DNA of 62,657 nt from Macrostomum lignano (taxonomy: Eukaryota), in NCBI GenBank assembly GCA_002269645.1, contig NIVC01004055.1, positions 1-62,657 on the forward strand, in the 5' to 3' direction. The notes beneath the pieces are model-generated. The model was not told where the DNA came from. It saw nothing but the letters and a program-made list of their open reading frames with translations, and searched no databases. Positions 33,722 to 45,239 of the stretch are shown here, one piece after another (position 1 is the stretch's first letter; every line of letters begins with the position of its first letter). Both the position numbers and the translations under genes were made by a program.

Positions 33722-36700
33722 ATGTCTTTTAACTTCAAAGGTGTCGCGACTTTGGAAGATGACACGGAGGACCGAGGGGGTCTGGCGACGCTACAAGTTG
33801 GCCGTGCCCCACAATGGATGCCTTTGTCTGCCTGTTGGTTGAAGCGCATCCCAGGTGATGGAAACTGCTTCTTTTCGGCTCTGTCGGATCAATTGCAAGG
33901 CACAGCTTTGGAAATGAACGCAGATAATCTTCGACAAACGCTGGCAGTTGAGTTGGAGAATTGGATCGACAGCGCAGAGAACGACACTGGCATTTCCGAA
34001 GCAGAGTGGCGCGATTTGCTGGAAAAGACCAAACGAAAAGGCGAATATGTTTCTGACCACGTGGCTTCAGCAGCAGCTAGACTGCTTGGCATCGAGATCT
34101 ATGTGTACCAGGACATGGGCGCTGGTTCGAATCTCGAAGGAATTTACTTAGGCCCAATTGGCGTGGAACCGCGAGCAACAGTTCGATTGCATTTCAATCG
34201 GCAAGGTGAGCATTACCAGTCGGTACATGTGCGTCAATCGTCTCATCTAGCCGCTGTGGATGATGGCGCAGCCAAGATGATGCCGCCGCCGCCGCCGCCT
34301 CCTGCGATTCCGATGCAGAGTGTTGCGCAGAAAGTGCAAGAATGGAAAGAAGTGAAATGTAACCGACGAGCATGCAAGAGGGTTCCAGGTGCGGCTGCGA
34401 CTGATGTAGACAACAAATTTAGCATTAGAGTCGACGAGAATCGGTTCAATGTACTATGGAATGTCGACCTAGATGCGGACGAGGAGGAGCCAACTCTCTC
34501 TGTGTGTAGCGGCGATGATTCAACCAGCAAGGTTTCGTCGAGTGTTTCGCGGCGCAGTCGTCGAAATCGAAGCGTTCCGAGTTGTCCTACGCGACGTAGC
34601 AGTCGTTTAAGCGCGAAAGCGTGCAGCAGCAGCAATGCGTCTGTATTGTCGTCAGCAGAAGCTTCTGACAGTTGCGCTTCAAGTGTAGTTCGACGCCGAA
34701 AGCGAGTTGTCAAGCCTGGCAGTCCAATGCGTCGAAGCGAGCGATTACTAGCCAAGAAAAGGCGTATGGAAGAAGGTGACGACGCTTCTTCAGTTGGTGC
34801 ATCGAATTTAAGCAGCATTGGAGCGGCTACTGAGTCGGACAAAGTGAGCTGCATTGCACGGGAGGAAGAATTCGAGTTGGCAAGTGTAGTTCTGGAAGAG
34901 ATCAATGATTATCAACGACCGACAAAGACTAAGTCTCAACAAAGAGGAGGACAAAATGGTCAAAGCAAGAGTCGAAGTTCACCAAGAAAAAAGGCCATTG
35001 ATGAGCAGTCCATACCTACAGATACTGTTTTAGAAGCATCGCCAACAAAGCGCAGGCGCACTAAAGTGAACACTGTTAAAGAGGGTCGTTCTTCGCCTAG
35101 AAAAAAGGCGCAAATTGAGCAGCAGCAACAGCAGCAGCAACGAGTTGAAATTGAGGCCGAAGAGCCGGAAATCGAGCACGTTGACCCTGAAGAAAATAAT
35201 CCTGATGCTGAAGAGCAAGGCGCTAGCGATACCAGTTTGCCGCAATGTCTTCGCAATCCATTTACTAAACAGTACAAGAAGATGCGGAATGAATTTTTTC
35301 AAGAGTGTACTTCGAGGCTGAGTAATTTAAAGCGATGCTTGGTCTGCAAAGAAAGGTTTCCGTGCGTTTATTTTAGACAACAAAGTGATGCATCATGCCA
35401 GCGATGTGTTACAGATTATGGAAAACCAAAACTATTTAGCGACGAAAATAATGCCAATCCAATGTGTGAGCAGCCGGAAGAACTACGCGATTTGTCAGTT
35501 GCGGAGCAAATGTTGATTTCGCCGATATTGTCTGTTATTGTAGTTTATCGGTTGTTTCCGCAAGGCCAGCATGCTTCGAGAGGGCATGGAATCATGTTTC
35601 CGCAGGATCAGGCAAGCGTTGTGAGAGAATTGCCGAGACGAACTCTACCTGTGGTGCTGATGTATGACAAAAAGCTGCAAAACAATCCTGGCAGTACAGT
35701 TACGGGAGCGATGAACAATCTGCGAGTGAGACGCGACAAGGTGTTGAATGCAATCAGGTATCTGATTAATAATAATCAATATTTTCAACGATTTTCTGTC
35801 GGTATTGATCGCGAAGCGTTGAATTCGTTGCCAGAGAATGGATATGCGCAGCAAATCAATGAAATGGTTAATCAAATGGACACTCAAGATGTCAATGTTG
35901 ATCTGGATGCGGCGGAAGAGGAAGCCAGGCAGCCAGAAGAAGATGAGCAAAGGCAACAAATGGAAGAAGCTCAGTTGGAAGAGACGACAAGCGCTTTGCT
36001 GAATACGCCATTGCGTCGTTTGGAAGTAAAGATTCGCGATCGTTTGCTAGAAGAGAAATTGCAATGGCCAAGATCGAGCCGAGTACCGGTGAATGAATTC
36101 GAACAAGAAGGCTTGTTTAGTCTGGCCTATCCTCACCTATTTCCTGACGGCAAAGGCGACTACAAGACTCCGCGAGTGCGTTCGATAGGCCTGGGCGACT
36201 ATGCGAAGCACTTGATGCAGTTTCACTGCCCGAGATTTCGTTGCGATCCTCGCTTTCGCTTTTTCATTGAGAACATGGTGATGCGATGGAGAGCATTGGA
36301 AGTTGGACGAGTATTTGTGCACGACAAGAATTTGGCTGGCTTAAGTGCGCCAGAGATGCTGGAGAAGCTGAAAGATCCAGCAGTGATGTCCAGCGTGTCA
36401 GCCAGAGCGTCAGAGTTGCGTGGAACAGCCAGCTATTGGCAAAGCAAGCGTAGACAGTTGGAAGCAATGATTAAAACAATTGGTTTGCCGCACTATTTTG
36501 TGACGTTATCCGCGGCGGATATTCAGTGGCCAGAGTTGTTGCAAGTTTGGCAAATCGAAGAAGACGTCGACAATGATAATTGGCAAGAAATCAAGCAAGA
36601 GTTGCTTTCCAGACTGCAAAAAGATCCTGGCATGGCGGATACTGTGTTTTGGATTCGTTTTGAATTGTTTTTGCAGAAATTTTTTGTTGAACACTGGAAA

Positions 36701-39700
36701 GTAAAGGACTTTTGGTTTCGTATCGAGTATCAGAGTCGAGGAAGCCCGCATGTTCATGGCTGCGTTTGGATGCCGGACGGAGTGGATGTGACTTCGGAAT
36801 CCTTGCAAGCAGAAGATTTGGTTGCCTTTGTGGACAAGTACATTTGCAGTTGGAACACGTGCATGGACGAATCAGATAGCGGTCGCGAAATTTTGTCCGG
36901 CGGAGTAGGAGCGCAGCCGGCTCGATTGAAGCCGTCCGAAATTAAGGACGATAAAGCCGATTTGCAAGCACTTCTTCACAACAACATGAGGCACTCAAGG
37001 TGCAGTAATCGCTGCCTACGAAAGGAAAAGAACGGCTCTATGAAGTGTCGATACAAATATCCGCGAGATTTGCAGACAAAGACTGTCGCCAAAAAGCTGT
37101 CAAGTTTAAACTGGAAGGTTGAGACGCAGCGCAACGACCAATATATTGGCATGTACAATCCTCAAGTACTGTGCATGTGGAGAGCTAACCTAGACATTCA
37201 GATGATTTCTTCGGCCAAAGATTTGATTCGCTATTTGATCAAGTATGCAAGCAAAGGAGAGAAGGAATCGGAGCAGTTGCAAGAGTTGAATCGTCGCTAT
37301 CTTTCTATGGAGCAGCAGCAGGAGTCAGTGGACATTGATAATGCAGCAGAAAATGATAATAATCAGCAGCAGCATGACGAGTATAGTCGAACAAATACTG
37401 CACGTCGCATTGTTCAGCAGCACTTGATGATGCAAGTTGGAGCGCGCGACTATTCAGCACAAGAGGCTATGCATCTGGTATTACAGACACCGATGTACAA
37501 GGCGTCGCGAGAGTTTGTCTACGTTCAAACTGGCGAGACTAGAGCGATTGAGAGTCGAGGCGTTTGCAAGAATAGTATTGAAAAGTACGCAAATCGGCCG
37601 GCACAATTGGAGAATGAGACAATGTATCGATTCTTTTCGGACTATATTCCGCCGATGCGTCAACAAAGACGCGGTGGTGAACAAGTTGCCGTCTACAAGA
37701 AGCGACTAGCGGGCAAGGAAGCAGTTTTGATTGTGAGTCCGTTTTTGCGCTCAACAGAAAGCGACGATAAACGGCGCGAACAATACTATCGGCAGCAGGT
37801 ACTACTGTGGAGCTGTTGGCGAACCGAAGAGCAAGCAAAGGGATCGCATGCAAGCTGGCGCGAGGCCTACGAGGCGATGATGCAAACGGAAGCGTGTCAG
37901 CTGGTTGTGCGCGATTTGGACGACCTGCGCAACGATGAAGCCGACGAGGAGGAACGCGAAGCAGTCGCCGATTTGCCAGACATGACTGCCGCGAATGCCG
38001 AATCAGTTGCTGGTCCAGCTTATCCGGAGCGTCAGCAAGAGGATTGGATGGCAGCACTGGGTGCAAAGCATGCGGACATTCAGCTGAATGTCAACAAGAA
38101 TCCGGAAGACACTCTGCCAGTTGCGCCAGAAGGTTTCGATTGGAGTGCTGCTTCAGATTGGCAATTTCCGAGTCTGGCAGAGGCAAAGCAGTTTTTAATG
38201 ACCGAACTGACTAAGCCTGTTAGACGTGTAGCTGGAATTACCATCGAAGATGGTGCAGGCGCTAATCGTCAAACGATTGACGTTTCACTGCTTAATGAGA
38301 GACAGCGGAAGCTCTACGACATGATTGACAATCAATTGAAGCTTGAACGGCTGGCCGAAAGTGACACGACTAACAATAGTACTGAGTCGGGAAAGATGCC
38401 TCCACCACTGCGAGTAATTTTGTATGGCAGCGCTGGAACAGGCAAGAGTTTTCTGATTGCTGCACTACGAAAATTGATTGGCGAGGACAAGTGCAAAGTA
38501 ATGGCACCGACTGGTGTGGCTGCGTTCAACATTGCTGGCGAGACACTGCATTCAGCGTTGAAGTTGAACGTAAAGTTTTCGACTACGGCGTGTACTACTA
38601 ATGCTGACGGTTCAACGACTTCGGGCAGCAGCAAGGCATTGTCAGACATGCAATCGGTATGGTCAAACGTGCGCTACATAATCATTGACGAGTTTAGCAT
38701 GGTTGGCCAAAGGACACTGGCAAAGGTGCACAACCGTCTGTGCGAACTGTTTCCTGAGGAGAAGCGAGACACGCTTGAAGAAGGATATTTCGGCGGACGG
38801 TCAATCATTTTGGTTGGCGATGTGTTTCAGCTGCCTCCCGTGCAAGACAAACAGCTGTACGTGTTTAACAAGAATGCCAAAGATAATTTGACACCGATTG
38901 GCTATCAAGTGTATCAGAGTTTCAAAACGGTTGTTTATCTAAACAAGCAGGTGCGTCAAGCAAATGACACAGAGTTTGCCAGCATTTTAGAGTCTCTTCG
39001 CGAAGGCAAAGTAACCGAAGCCATTTGGAAGACTGTAATGGACAAGTGTCAAGTAGCAGCTGCAGACATGCTACCGCTAGATGTTGATGGCAAATGCACG
39101 CTATTGTACCACACAAATGAAGATGTGTCTAATGCCAATTGTGAGGAGCTGCGAAAAATTGTCGATGATAACAATCCGGTGCGGATAATCAATGCAACTT
39201 GTACTGGAAGGCAACCGCTGATTGGCAACAATGCTGCTGATAGTAGCAAGCAGAAATCGGAGACAGGCCTAGCCAGGCGACTATTTCTGGCGATTGGAGC
39301 ACGTGTGATGTTGACTCGGAACCTATCTGTGCAAAATGGCCTGGTGAATGGCTCGGTTGGTACGGTTCGTGGCATCTGCTACGCGAATGGAAAGAAGCCG
39401 CCAAATGATTTGCCCGACTGCGTTTGGGTTGAATTCGAGCGCTACAATGGCCCGGCAATGCAAGCCATGCGGCTGCCCAGAGAAGATGGTAATAGTAGTA
39501 GCAGCGAGTGTGCACCGACAGTTTCTGTTGTGCCAATTCTACCAGTATCAAGCCAGTGGCTTCAGCGAGGCGCCAGCTTGTCGAGACATCAGTTTCCGCT
39601 GAGGCTAGCCTGGGCAATCACTATTCACAAGTCGCAAGGCCTAACGATTGACAAGGCGTTTGTACAGCTGGGCAAGGGCCGCAAGTCGCCGCCAGCAGGT

Positions 39701-39853
39701 CTGTACTACACTGCCGTGAGTAGAGTTCGTGCTTTGTCTGATCTGTTTGTTACCTGTTGCGATTTCGTTAGATTTCAGCGCCTATTTTCTACAGGCGGTA
39801 TTGTAGCACAGGTAAATGAACAGAAGCGATTATTAGATTTGTGCGAGAAATGA
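33722..39853 (+). CDS. Helentron/Helitron2-type RepHel transposase: OTU protease-like domain, Cys-rich region, HUH/Y2 Rep domain, PIF1-family SF1 helicase
   Basis: Uninterrupted 2043 codons. OTU GDGNC (C49) ... EHY (H164). CxxC..CxxC from ~aa 539. Rep motifs FVTLSAAD (~926), EYQSRGSPHVH (H1010/H1012), YLIKY (Y1171/Y1175). Helicase GSAGTGKS (1569), APTGVAA, DEFSM (1656), GDVFQLPPV, HKSQG (1969), YTAVSR (1996). True start codon is uncertain. Confidence 0.95.
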   Translation: MSFNFKGVATLEDDTEDRGGLATLQVGRAPQWMPLSACWLKRIPGDGNCFFSALSDQLQGTALEMNADNLRQTLAVELENWIDSAENDTGISEAEWRDLLEKTKRKGEYVSDHVASAAARLLGIEIYVYQDMGAGSNLEGIYLGPIGVEPRATVRLHFNRQGEHYQSVHVRQSSHLAAVDDGAAKMMPPPPPPPAIPMQSVAQKVQEWKEVKCNRRACKRVPGAAATDVDNKFSIRVDENRFNVLWNVDLDADEEEPTLSVCSGDDSTSKVSSSVSRRSRRNRSVPSCPTRRSSRLSAKACSSSNASVLSSAEASDSCASSVVRRRKRVVKPGSPMRRSERLLAKKRRMEEGDDASSVGASNLSSIGAATESDKVSCIAREEEFELASVVLEEINDYQRPTKTKSQQRGGQNGQSKSRSSPRKKAIDEQSIPTDTVLEASPTKRRRTKVNTVKEGRSSPRKKAQIEQQQQQQQRVEIEAEEPEIEHVDPEENNPDAEEQGASDTSLPQCLRNPFTKQYKKMRNEFFQECTSRLSNLKRCLVCKERFPCVYFRQQSDASCQRCVTDYGKPKLFSDENNANPMCEQPEELRDLSVAEQMLISPILSVIVVYRLFPQGQHASRGHGIMFPQDQASVVRELPRRTLPVVLMYDKKLQNNPGSTVTGAMNNLRVRRDKVLNAIRYLINNNQYFQRFSVGIDREALNSLPENGYAQQINEMVNQMDTQDVNVDLDAAEEEARQPEEDEQRQQMEEAQLEETTSALLNTPLRRLEVKIRDRLLEEKLQWPRSSRVPVNEFEQEGLFSLAYPHLFPDGKGDYKTPRVRSIGLGDYAKHLMQFHCPRFRCDPRFRFFIENMVMRWRALEVGRVFVHDKNLAGLSAPEMLEKLKDPAVMSSVSARASELRGTASYWQSKRRQLEAMIKTIGLPHYFVTLSAADIQWPELLQVWQIEEDVDNDNWQEIKQELLSRLQKDPGMADTVFWIRFELFLQKFFVEHWKVKDFWFRIEYQSRGSPHVHGCVWMPDGVDVTSESLQAEDLVAFVDKYICSWNTCMDESDSGREILSGGVGAQPARLKPSEIKDDKADLQALLHNNMRHSRCSNRCLRKEKNGSMKCRYKYPRDLQTKTVAKKLSSLNWKVETQRNDQYIGMYNPQVLCMWRANLDIQMISSAKDLIRYLIKYASKGEKESEQLQELNRRYLSMEQQQESVDIDNAAENDNNQQQHDEYSRTNTARRIVQQHLMMQVGARDYSAQEAMHLVLQTPMYKASREFVYVQTGETRAIESRGVCKNSIEKYANRPAQLENETMYRFFSDYIPPMRQQRRGGEQVAVYKKRLAGKEAVLIVSPFLRSTESDDKRREQYYRQQVLLWSCWRTEEQAKGSHASWREAYEAMMQTEACQLVVRDLDDLRNDEADEEEREAVADLPDMTAANAESVAGPAYPERQQEDWMAALGAKHADIQLNVNKNPEDTLPVAPEGFDWSAASDWQFPSLAEAKQFLMTELTKPVRRVAGITIEDGAGANRQTIDVSLLNERQRKLYDMIDNQLKLERLAESDTTNNSTESGKMPPPLRVILYGSAGTGKSFLIAALRKLIGEDKCKVMAPTGVAAFNIAGETLHSALKLNVKFSTTACTTNADGSTTSGSSKALSDMQSVWSNVRYIIIDEFSMVGQRTLAKVHNRLCELFPEEKRDTLEEGYFGGRSIILVGDVFQLPPVQDKQLYVFNKNAKDNLTPIGYQVYQSFKTVVYLNKQVRQANDTEFASILESLREGKVTEAIWKTVMDKCQVAAADMLPLDVDGKCTLLYHTNEDVSNANCEELRKIVDDNNPVRIINATCTGRQPLIGNNAADSSKQKSETGLARRLFLAIGARVMLTRNLSVQNGLVNGSVGTVRGICYANGKKPPNDLPDCVWVEFERYNGPAMQAMRLPREDGNSSSSECAPTVSVVPILPVSSQWLQRGASLSRHQFPLRLAWAITIHKSQGLTIDKAFVQLGKGRKSPPAGLYYTAVSRVRALSDLFVTCCDFVRFQRLFSTGGIVAQVNEQKRLLDLCEK

Positions 39854-41687
39854 GCCAGCAGTATTTGGCAGTTTTTAACTGAAAATGTGCACGAATCTAT
39901 ATAATATAGAGCAAACAATGGCTCTGAGAAAAAACGGTGTTTGCGGTCTTAATGAAAGTCTTGCGCGTTGCTTTTGTGTGTGTTAAGTGTAGTACAGTGT
40001 TTTGTTCTTAAATAGCCGTTTCTCCTAGGCTTTGAATAGCTATATAGGACTGATTTAATTTCGTTAGATTGGGATTGGGAAGTATAAAGCAAAATAAGCA
40101 TTTCAAGTCGTCTTAAGTCGTTTTAAATCACTTTTTAATTAACCATACAGTGTTATCAGCCACCTTGCTCAGTTTATCAGTCAAAAAGTTGAATAGTTTA
40201 TTTAATCAATTTAAATTCATTTTAATATTTGAAAAAGAGGTTTGATTTCGGGGTATTTCTTTTAAATTCGTTTTTAAATATTGTATAAAATGGATAAGTA
40301 AAGCAACGCGCAAGGCTTTCACTCTGTGAAGCGTGGGGCTGACACGTGTGCCAGGGTAGACTATTGACGAGTTATGCCAAAGTGCTGTCAATAGTTTGCT
40401 GTTGGGTCACAAGGATAATATATGAATTGTGATTGAGTGTCAGTCTAATAAATTTTCGGCCTGAGTTACGCAGATAATTCTGGCGGGTACTTATGCCTGT
40501 TGGTTAGATAAGTCTCGTGCTGTTGCGTGACTATTCGGTGTCTGTTGAATAAGCTTCTTAAATATGTATGCATAGGTGTTATCTTGGTAGCTAAGCCAGT
40601 TAAAATGTATCATATAAAGAATTATTGAGCAAGAAAATATACAAACACAAAGGAGATCTTTTATTTTGTAGGATTGTAGTTAGTAAGACATTAATTACGA
40701 AAAGTATAAAAATATTCACAGTTCTAGTAGTTGCTCAATAATCTCTCAATAATTGCAATTATTCCAAGACTATAACGTCTTTAACAACAGTTTATAAGTA
40801 TGTAAGTAGTTTCCTTTTCTGTTGTGAGAGTATAGTCTAAAATGTTTATACCAAAGTGCCCGATAAATTAAAAAAGAAGCTTGTTGAAACGACAAAACCA
40901 GTCAGAGGAGTACCAGAACTCAGAGCTGTGAGTGCCATGCAGTTTTAAAGGTTGTTCTAATTGTTTATGTGAGTGTCATTTAGCAGTATTTTTAGGAAGA
41001 AATTTTGGTGGGAAAAACTGAATAATAACTCAATACACGATTTGAGTAAGATTCATAGCGCCCTTAAGTGCCTGACAGCCCCCCACCAAATATTCCTTGA
41101 TTTGGAAGCACTTTAGCACGTGTTCGGCACCAAATTGTACTTTATAGGTAGGCGCCCTGTTCATCCCTATCGAATAAAAATCCTACATCCGCTACTAAGC
41201 CATGTGTAAACTAAATTGGTTCAATCGACATATTTAATGGTCGGAGTTACATTCATAAATATTTATTAAGAATCTACTGATAATTATTTCCCAGTAGAGT
41301 AACAAATTAAAGTCATATGAATAGGACCTTTATAGTTAACGGTATATCCGGTTTCGCCTTAAAAGTGCATTTTAAGTGTAGGAACATTCAAATTAAATAA
41401 ACACCTTAAACTGCAAAGGGCACGGGTTTACAACAGCAAACCTTGAATGATACGCTGCAGGGCTGACACGCAAACACGTCTGACAAGGTGAAACGAGAAG
41501 GTGCATTTTAAAGGTGCAACCTGATAAATTATAGCACAAAGTGTGCGAATGACCTGTCAGAATCGTATTAGTGCTAAAAAAGCAAGTGTTTTGTTACTTT
41601 GTATTTTGGTTTTTTGTCTTAGATTGATTTTAAATTTCGTCTACTATATTGGCTTCTTACGTAATTTCGGGACTAGAGGAGATAGTT

Positions 41688-41948
41688 TCTCAAATACTTT
41701 GGTGTTTAGACGGGATCTTGGGCTCTCAAATACTTTGGGTGATTAGAGGGGATCTTGGGCTCTCAAATACTTTGGGTGATTAAAAAAGATTATGGGCTCT
41801 CAAATACTGTGATGATTAGATGGGAATGTACGTGGCTTCTCAATTACTGTGATGATTAGAAGGGATTTTGGCTTTTCAAATACTCTGCTGATCAGAGGAG
41901 ATCCTGGCTTCGTGAATACGTTTGGTGATTAGAGGGGATCTTGGGTTC
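41688..41948 (+). repeat. Degenerate ~37-bp tandem repeat, about 7 copies
   Basis: TCTCAAATACTTTGGGTGATTAGAGGGGATCTTGGGC-like monomers at 41688, 41724, 41761, 41798 and 41838. Confidence 0.85.
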
Positions 41949-42344
41949 TTGGCCAAATAATTATTTGGGAATTGCGGATTCTGGCTGCTTCTAAAGCAAC
42001 TGTGGGTTTATTGGGAAAAGACGGGGCAATACGAGCTATCTAGAATGAAATATGGTCCGGTTGAAATTGGGTGAAGGGATGATTAGGTTCACTGACATAC
42101 TGTATATGAATATAATTCCATAATTTTTATTGTATGCGTTATTTCATTCATTAAAATGTGTTTTTATGCATTCGGTATTCTTGTTGTTCCGTATATGGAT
42201 TTTTTCCTCAGCTCAAAATTGTTACATTTCAAGCATTTTTGACAATTTATTTTTCCACTTCTTTCTACTGTTTGTACATGAAATGCTTCTTTCGCATCCA
42301 TATCATCAGTACTCCATTCGTGTAGTTGCGAAACATTTAGAAAG

Positions 42345-43660
42345 ACCAGAAGCACTGCAAATCAGGTAAGCTTTCATTTGTATTATTCACCATTGTCATG
42401 ACTATATGACACCCTCTATTTGTTTTTTTTATTTAAATGACAAAAAGTTGTAAACCAATTTGACATTTACATGTAACACGAGCCAGGGCGTTGCGACTAA
42501 GTCATTTACAACTGCAGCGTACCTGACGTGCAAGATGTTCACCGACAGCAACCAAGGTGGTACGCAGTGCCAGTTGTTCATTCACCTGCTGGGCGGTCTG
42601 GTGTCAAACTTTCAATGACTGGCATGCATGCGATCGCTACAGCGAGACATACAGTTGAAAAACTGTTTCTGAAATTTAGAAAAACGAAAAGCACTGCAAT
42701 TCAGGTAAGCTTTCATTTGTATTATTCACCATTGTCATGACTATATGACTCACTATTTGTTTTTTGATAAAAGTTGTAATCCAATTTGACATTTACATGT
42801 AACACGAGCCAGGGCGTTGCGACTAAGTCATTTACAACTGCAGCGTACCTGACATGCAAGATGTTCACCGACAGCAACCAAGGTGGTACGCAGTGCCAGT
42901 TGTTCATTCACCTGCTGGGCGGTCTGGTGTCAAACTTTCAATGACTGGCATGCATGCGATCGCTACAGCGAGACATACAGTTGAAAAACTGTTTCTGAAA
43001 TTGAGAAAAACGAAAAGCACTGCAATTAAGGTAAGCTTTCATTTGTATTATTCACCATTGTCATGACTATATGACACACTATTTGTTTTTTGATAAAAGT
43101 TGTAATCCAATTTGACATTTACATGTAACACGAGCCAGGGCGTTGCGACTAAGTCATTTACAACTGCAGCGTACCTGACATGCAAGATGTTCACCGACAG
43201 CAACCAAGGTGGTACGCAGTGCCAGTTGTTCATTCACCTGCTGGGCGGTCTGGTGTCAAACTTTCAATGACTGGCATGCATGCGATCGCTACAGCGAGAC
43301 ATACAGTTGAAAAACTGTTTCTGAAATTGAGAAAAACGAAAAGCACTGCAATTAAGGTAAGCTTTCATTTGTATTATTCACCATTGTCATGACTATATGA
43401 CACACTATTTGTTTTTTGATAAAAGTTGTAATCCAATTTGACATTTACATGTAACACGAGCCAGGGCGTTGCGACTAAGTCATTTACAACTGCAGCGTAC
43501 CTGACATGCAAGATGTTCACCGACAGCAACCAAGGTGGTACGCAGTGCCAGTTGTTCATTCACCTGCTGGGCGGTCTGGTGTCAAACTTTCAACGACGGG
43601 TACTCAACGACTGGCATGCATGCGATCGCTACAGCGAGACTTAAAGTTGAAAAACTTTTT
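42345..43660 (+). repeat. 326-bp tandem repeat, about 4 copies
   Basis: Near-identical ORFs start at 42528, 42854 and 43180 (period 326). Confidence 0.95.
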
Positions 43661-43758
43661 CTAACAACGATGCTTATCTGATGATTGTAGTAAAAGTTCT
43701 CGGAATATTTACTACAATATTCACTTCATTCAAACTTATTATTATTTTTATTAATTTA

Positions 43759-44235
43759 TTAGTATTCAATGTAATTTGCATCAGAGGCAATAACCTCCTG
43801 CCAACGTCCATACAGAGAATGGATGCTTTTGCGGTACCACTCGGAGTTGTGAGAGTCGAATAAGTCACGCAGATGCTTCTCCAAGTCCTCCTCATCTTTG
43901 AAGCTGTGAGCAGCCATGGACTGGCTGAGCGCGGCAAAAGGTGGTAGTCGGTAGGCACAAGATCTGGGCTGTAATATGGGTGGAGAAGAACTTCCCAACC
44001 CAGCGTCAGCAGCATTGAGAATGGCCAGATATCTAGGTCACGAGTTGCCAGTTTATGCGACACCCAGCACTTGAGTTTAGCTTTTAGATTTCAAAACATA
44101 ACGCCTGTTGTCTGCTGATTGTTCTACGCGATGAGCACTTCCAGGGCATCGTCATCATTGAGTTCAGGTGAACGCTCACTTCAAGACGTGTCCTCAAGGC
44201 CCAGTTGTCCATTCTTGTAGCGCTTGTACGAGCTA
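43759..44235 (-). pseudogene. Internally deleted, frameshifted mariner (DD34D-type) transposase relic
   Basis: Minus strand: YKRYKNGQLGLEDTS*SERSP (HTH region), CWVSHKL (WVPHEL-like), GWEVLLHPYYSPDLVPTDYHL (YSPDL motif with third catalytic D), then after a frameshift FKDEEDLEKHL...LYGRWQEVIASDANYIE. Most of the catalytic core is missing. Confidence 0.9.
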
Positions 44236-44639
44236 CCAATCCTACACCCTGGAGGTCTTGATGGTGGACTGGGAATGGGACTCGGACTGGGAATAAGTAA
44301 TACCGTATTTATACTCATGAAAAAGTTCTAGAAAATTCAAGAAAAAAGTTGTATTGAAATGTTTTAAAAATTCCGAAAACTTTCCCTACAATCAGATACT
44401 TGAATACTGTTCAAATTCCATTGATACGTCCAAACTGCAAATGAAATTGTGCATTTATTAAGTGTTATGCTTAGCATTTTTTCTGTAAAAGTCTCTCACT
44501 CTCTGTTTAATAATACCCTATTTTCTTAACCAGTTAGCATCTTGTTATATTAGACAACTTTTCACATTTAGTGTACACACTTGTATGTTTTTCCAGAGTG
44601 TTTGTCTAAGTCTGTCTGATCGTATGTTCATCTCTTCAA

Positions 44640-44662
44640 CAGTCTGTCTGTCTCTCTGTCTC

Positions 44663-44700
<38 letters not shown>

Positions 44701-44830
44701 GGTTTGTCTGTTTGTCTGTTTGTCTGTCTTTCTGTCTGTTCAGCCGTTTAACTATCTTTCTGTTCATCTGTTTATCTGTCTGTCAGATTGTATGTTTGTC
44801 TCTTTTTCTGTCCATCTATCCATTTATGTA
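44640..44830 (+). repeat. (TGTC)n-type microsatellite, degenerate
   Basis: Directly visible. Confidence 0.9.
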
Positions 44831-45199
44831 TCTATCTATGAACCATATGTACGTCTATTTAATCTATAATATCTATAGAAGCAGTAAGAGTTAATTAAAG
44901 CTCCATTCGACAACAACTTTATGCAGTGACCCCTACTCTCTACTTCTTTCCTTTCTCCCCTCAGTCTTCTCTCTCTTATATCTACTGCCTGTATCTGTTT
45001 TGTTCAGGGTTCAGTACCAATCGGAAAATAAATATCACCTCCCTGATCTGGATATGATTTTGGCCAAATGCGTATTAGCCCTATGCCAAAGGTTAAAGTC
45101 TACGCTTAACTGATGGCTGACATGGCAGGCTCCTTGTCCTTTAAATCCAAGAAAGCAAAGCAAATTTAAATTCCATTCGCCACTAAAACTCTTTGGCTC

Positions 45200-45239
45200 C
45201 TTCCTCTCTCCTCTCTCCCTCTCTCTCTCTCCTCTCTCC

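Noticed and set aside
33791-39617. Antisense and alternative-frame ORFs overlapping RepHel
   Set aside because: Expected shadows of a long coding sequence; no independent motifs.
40300-40372. Small hairpins after the RepHel stop as a possible canonical Helitron 3' end
   Set aside because: Stems are short, there is no CTRR at the proper distance, and there is no match to the family termini.
41175-41197. AAAAATCCTACATCCGCTACT resembling a MITE terminal repeat
   Set aside because: No partner inverted repeat was found nearby; a lone 20-mer is insufficient.
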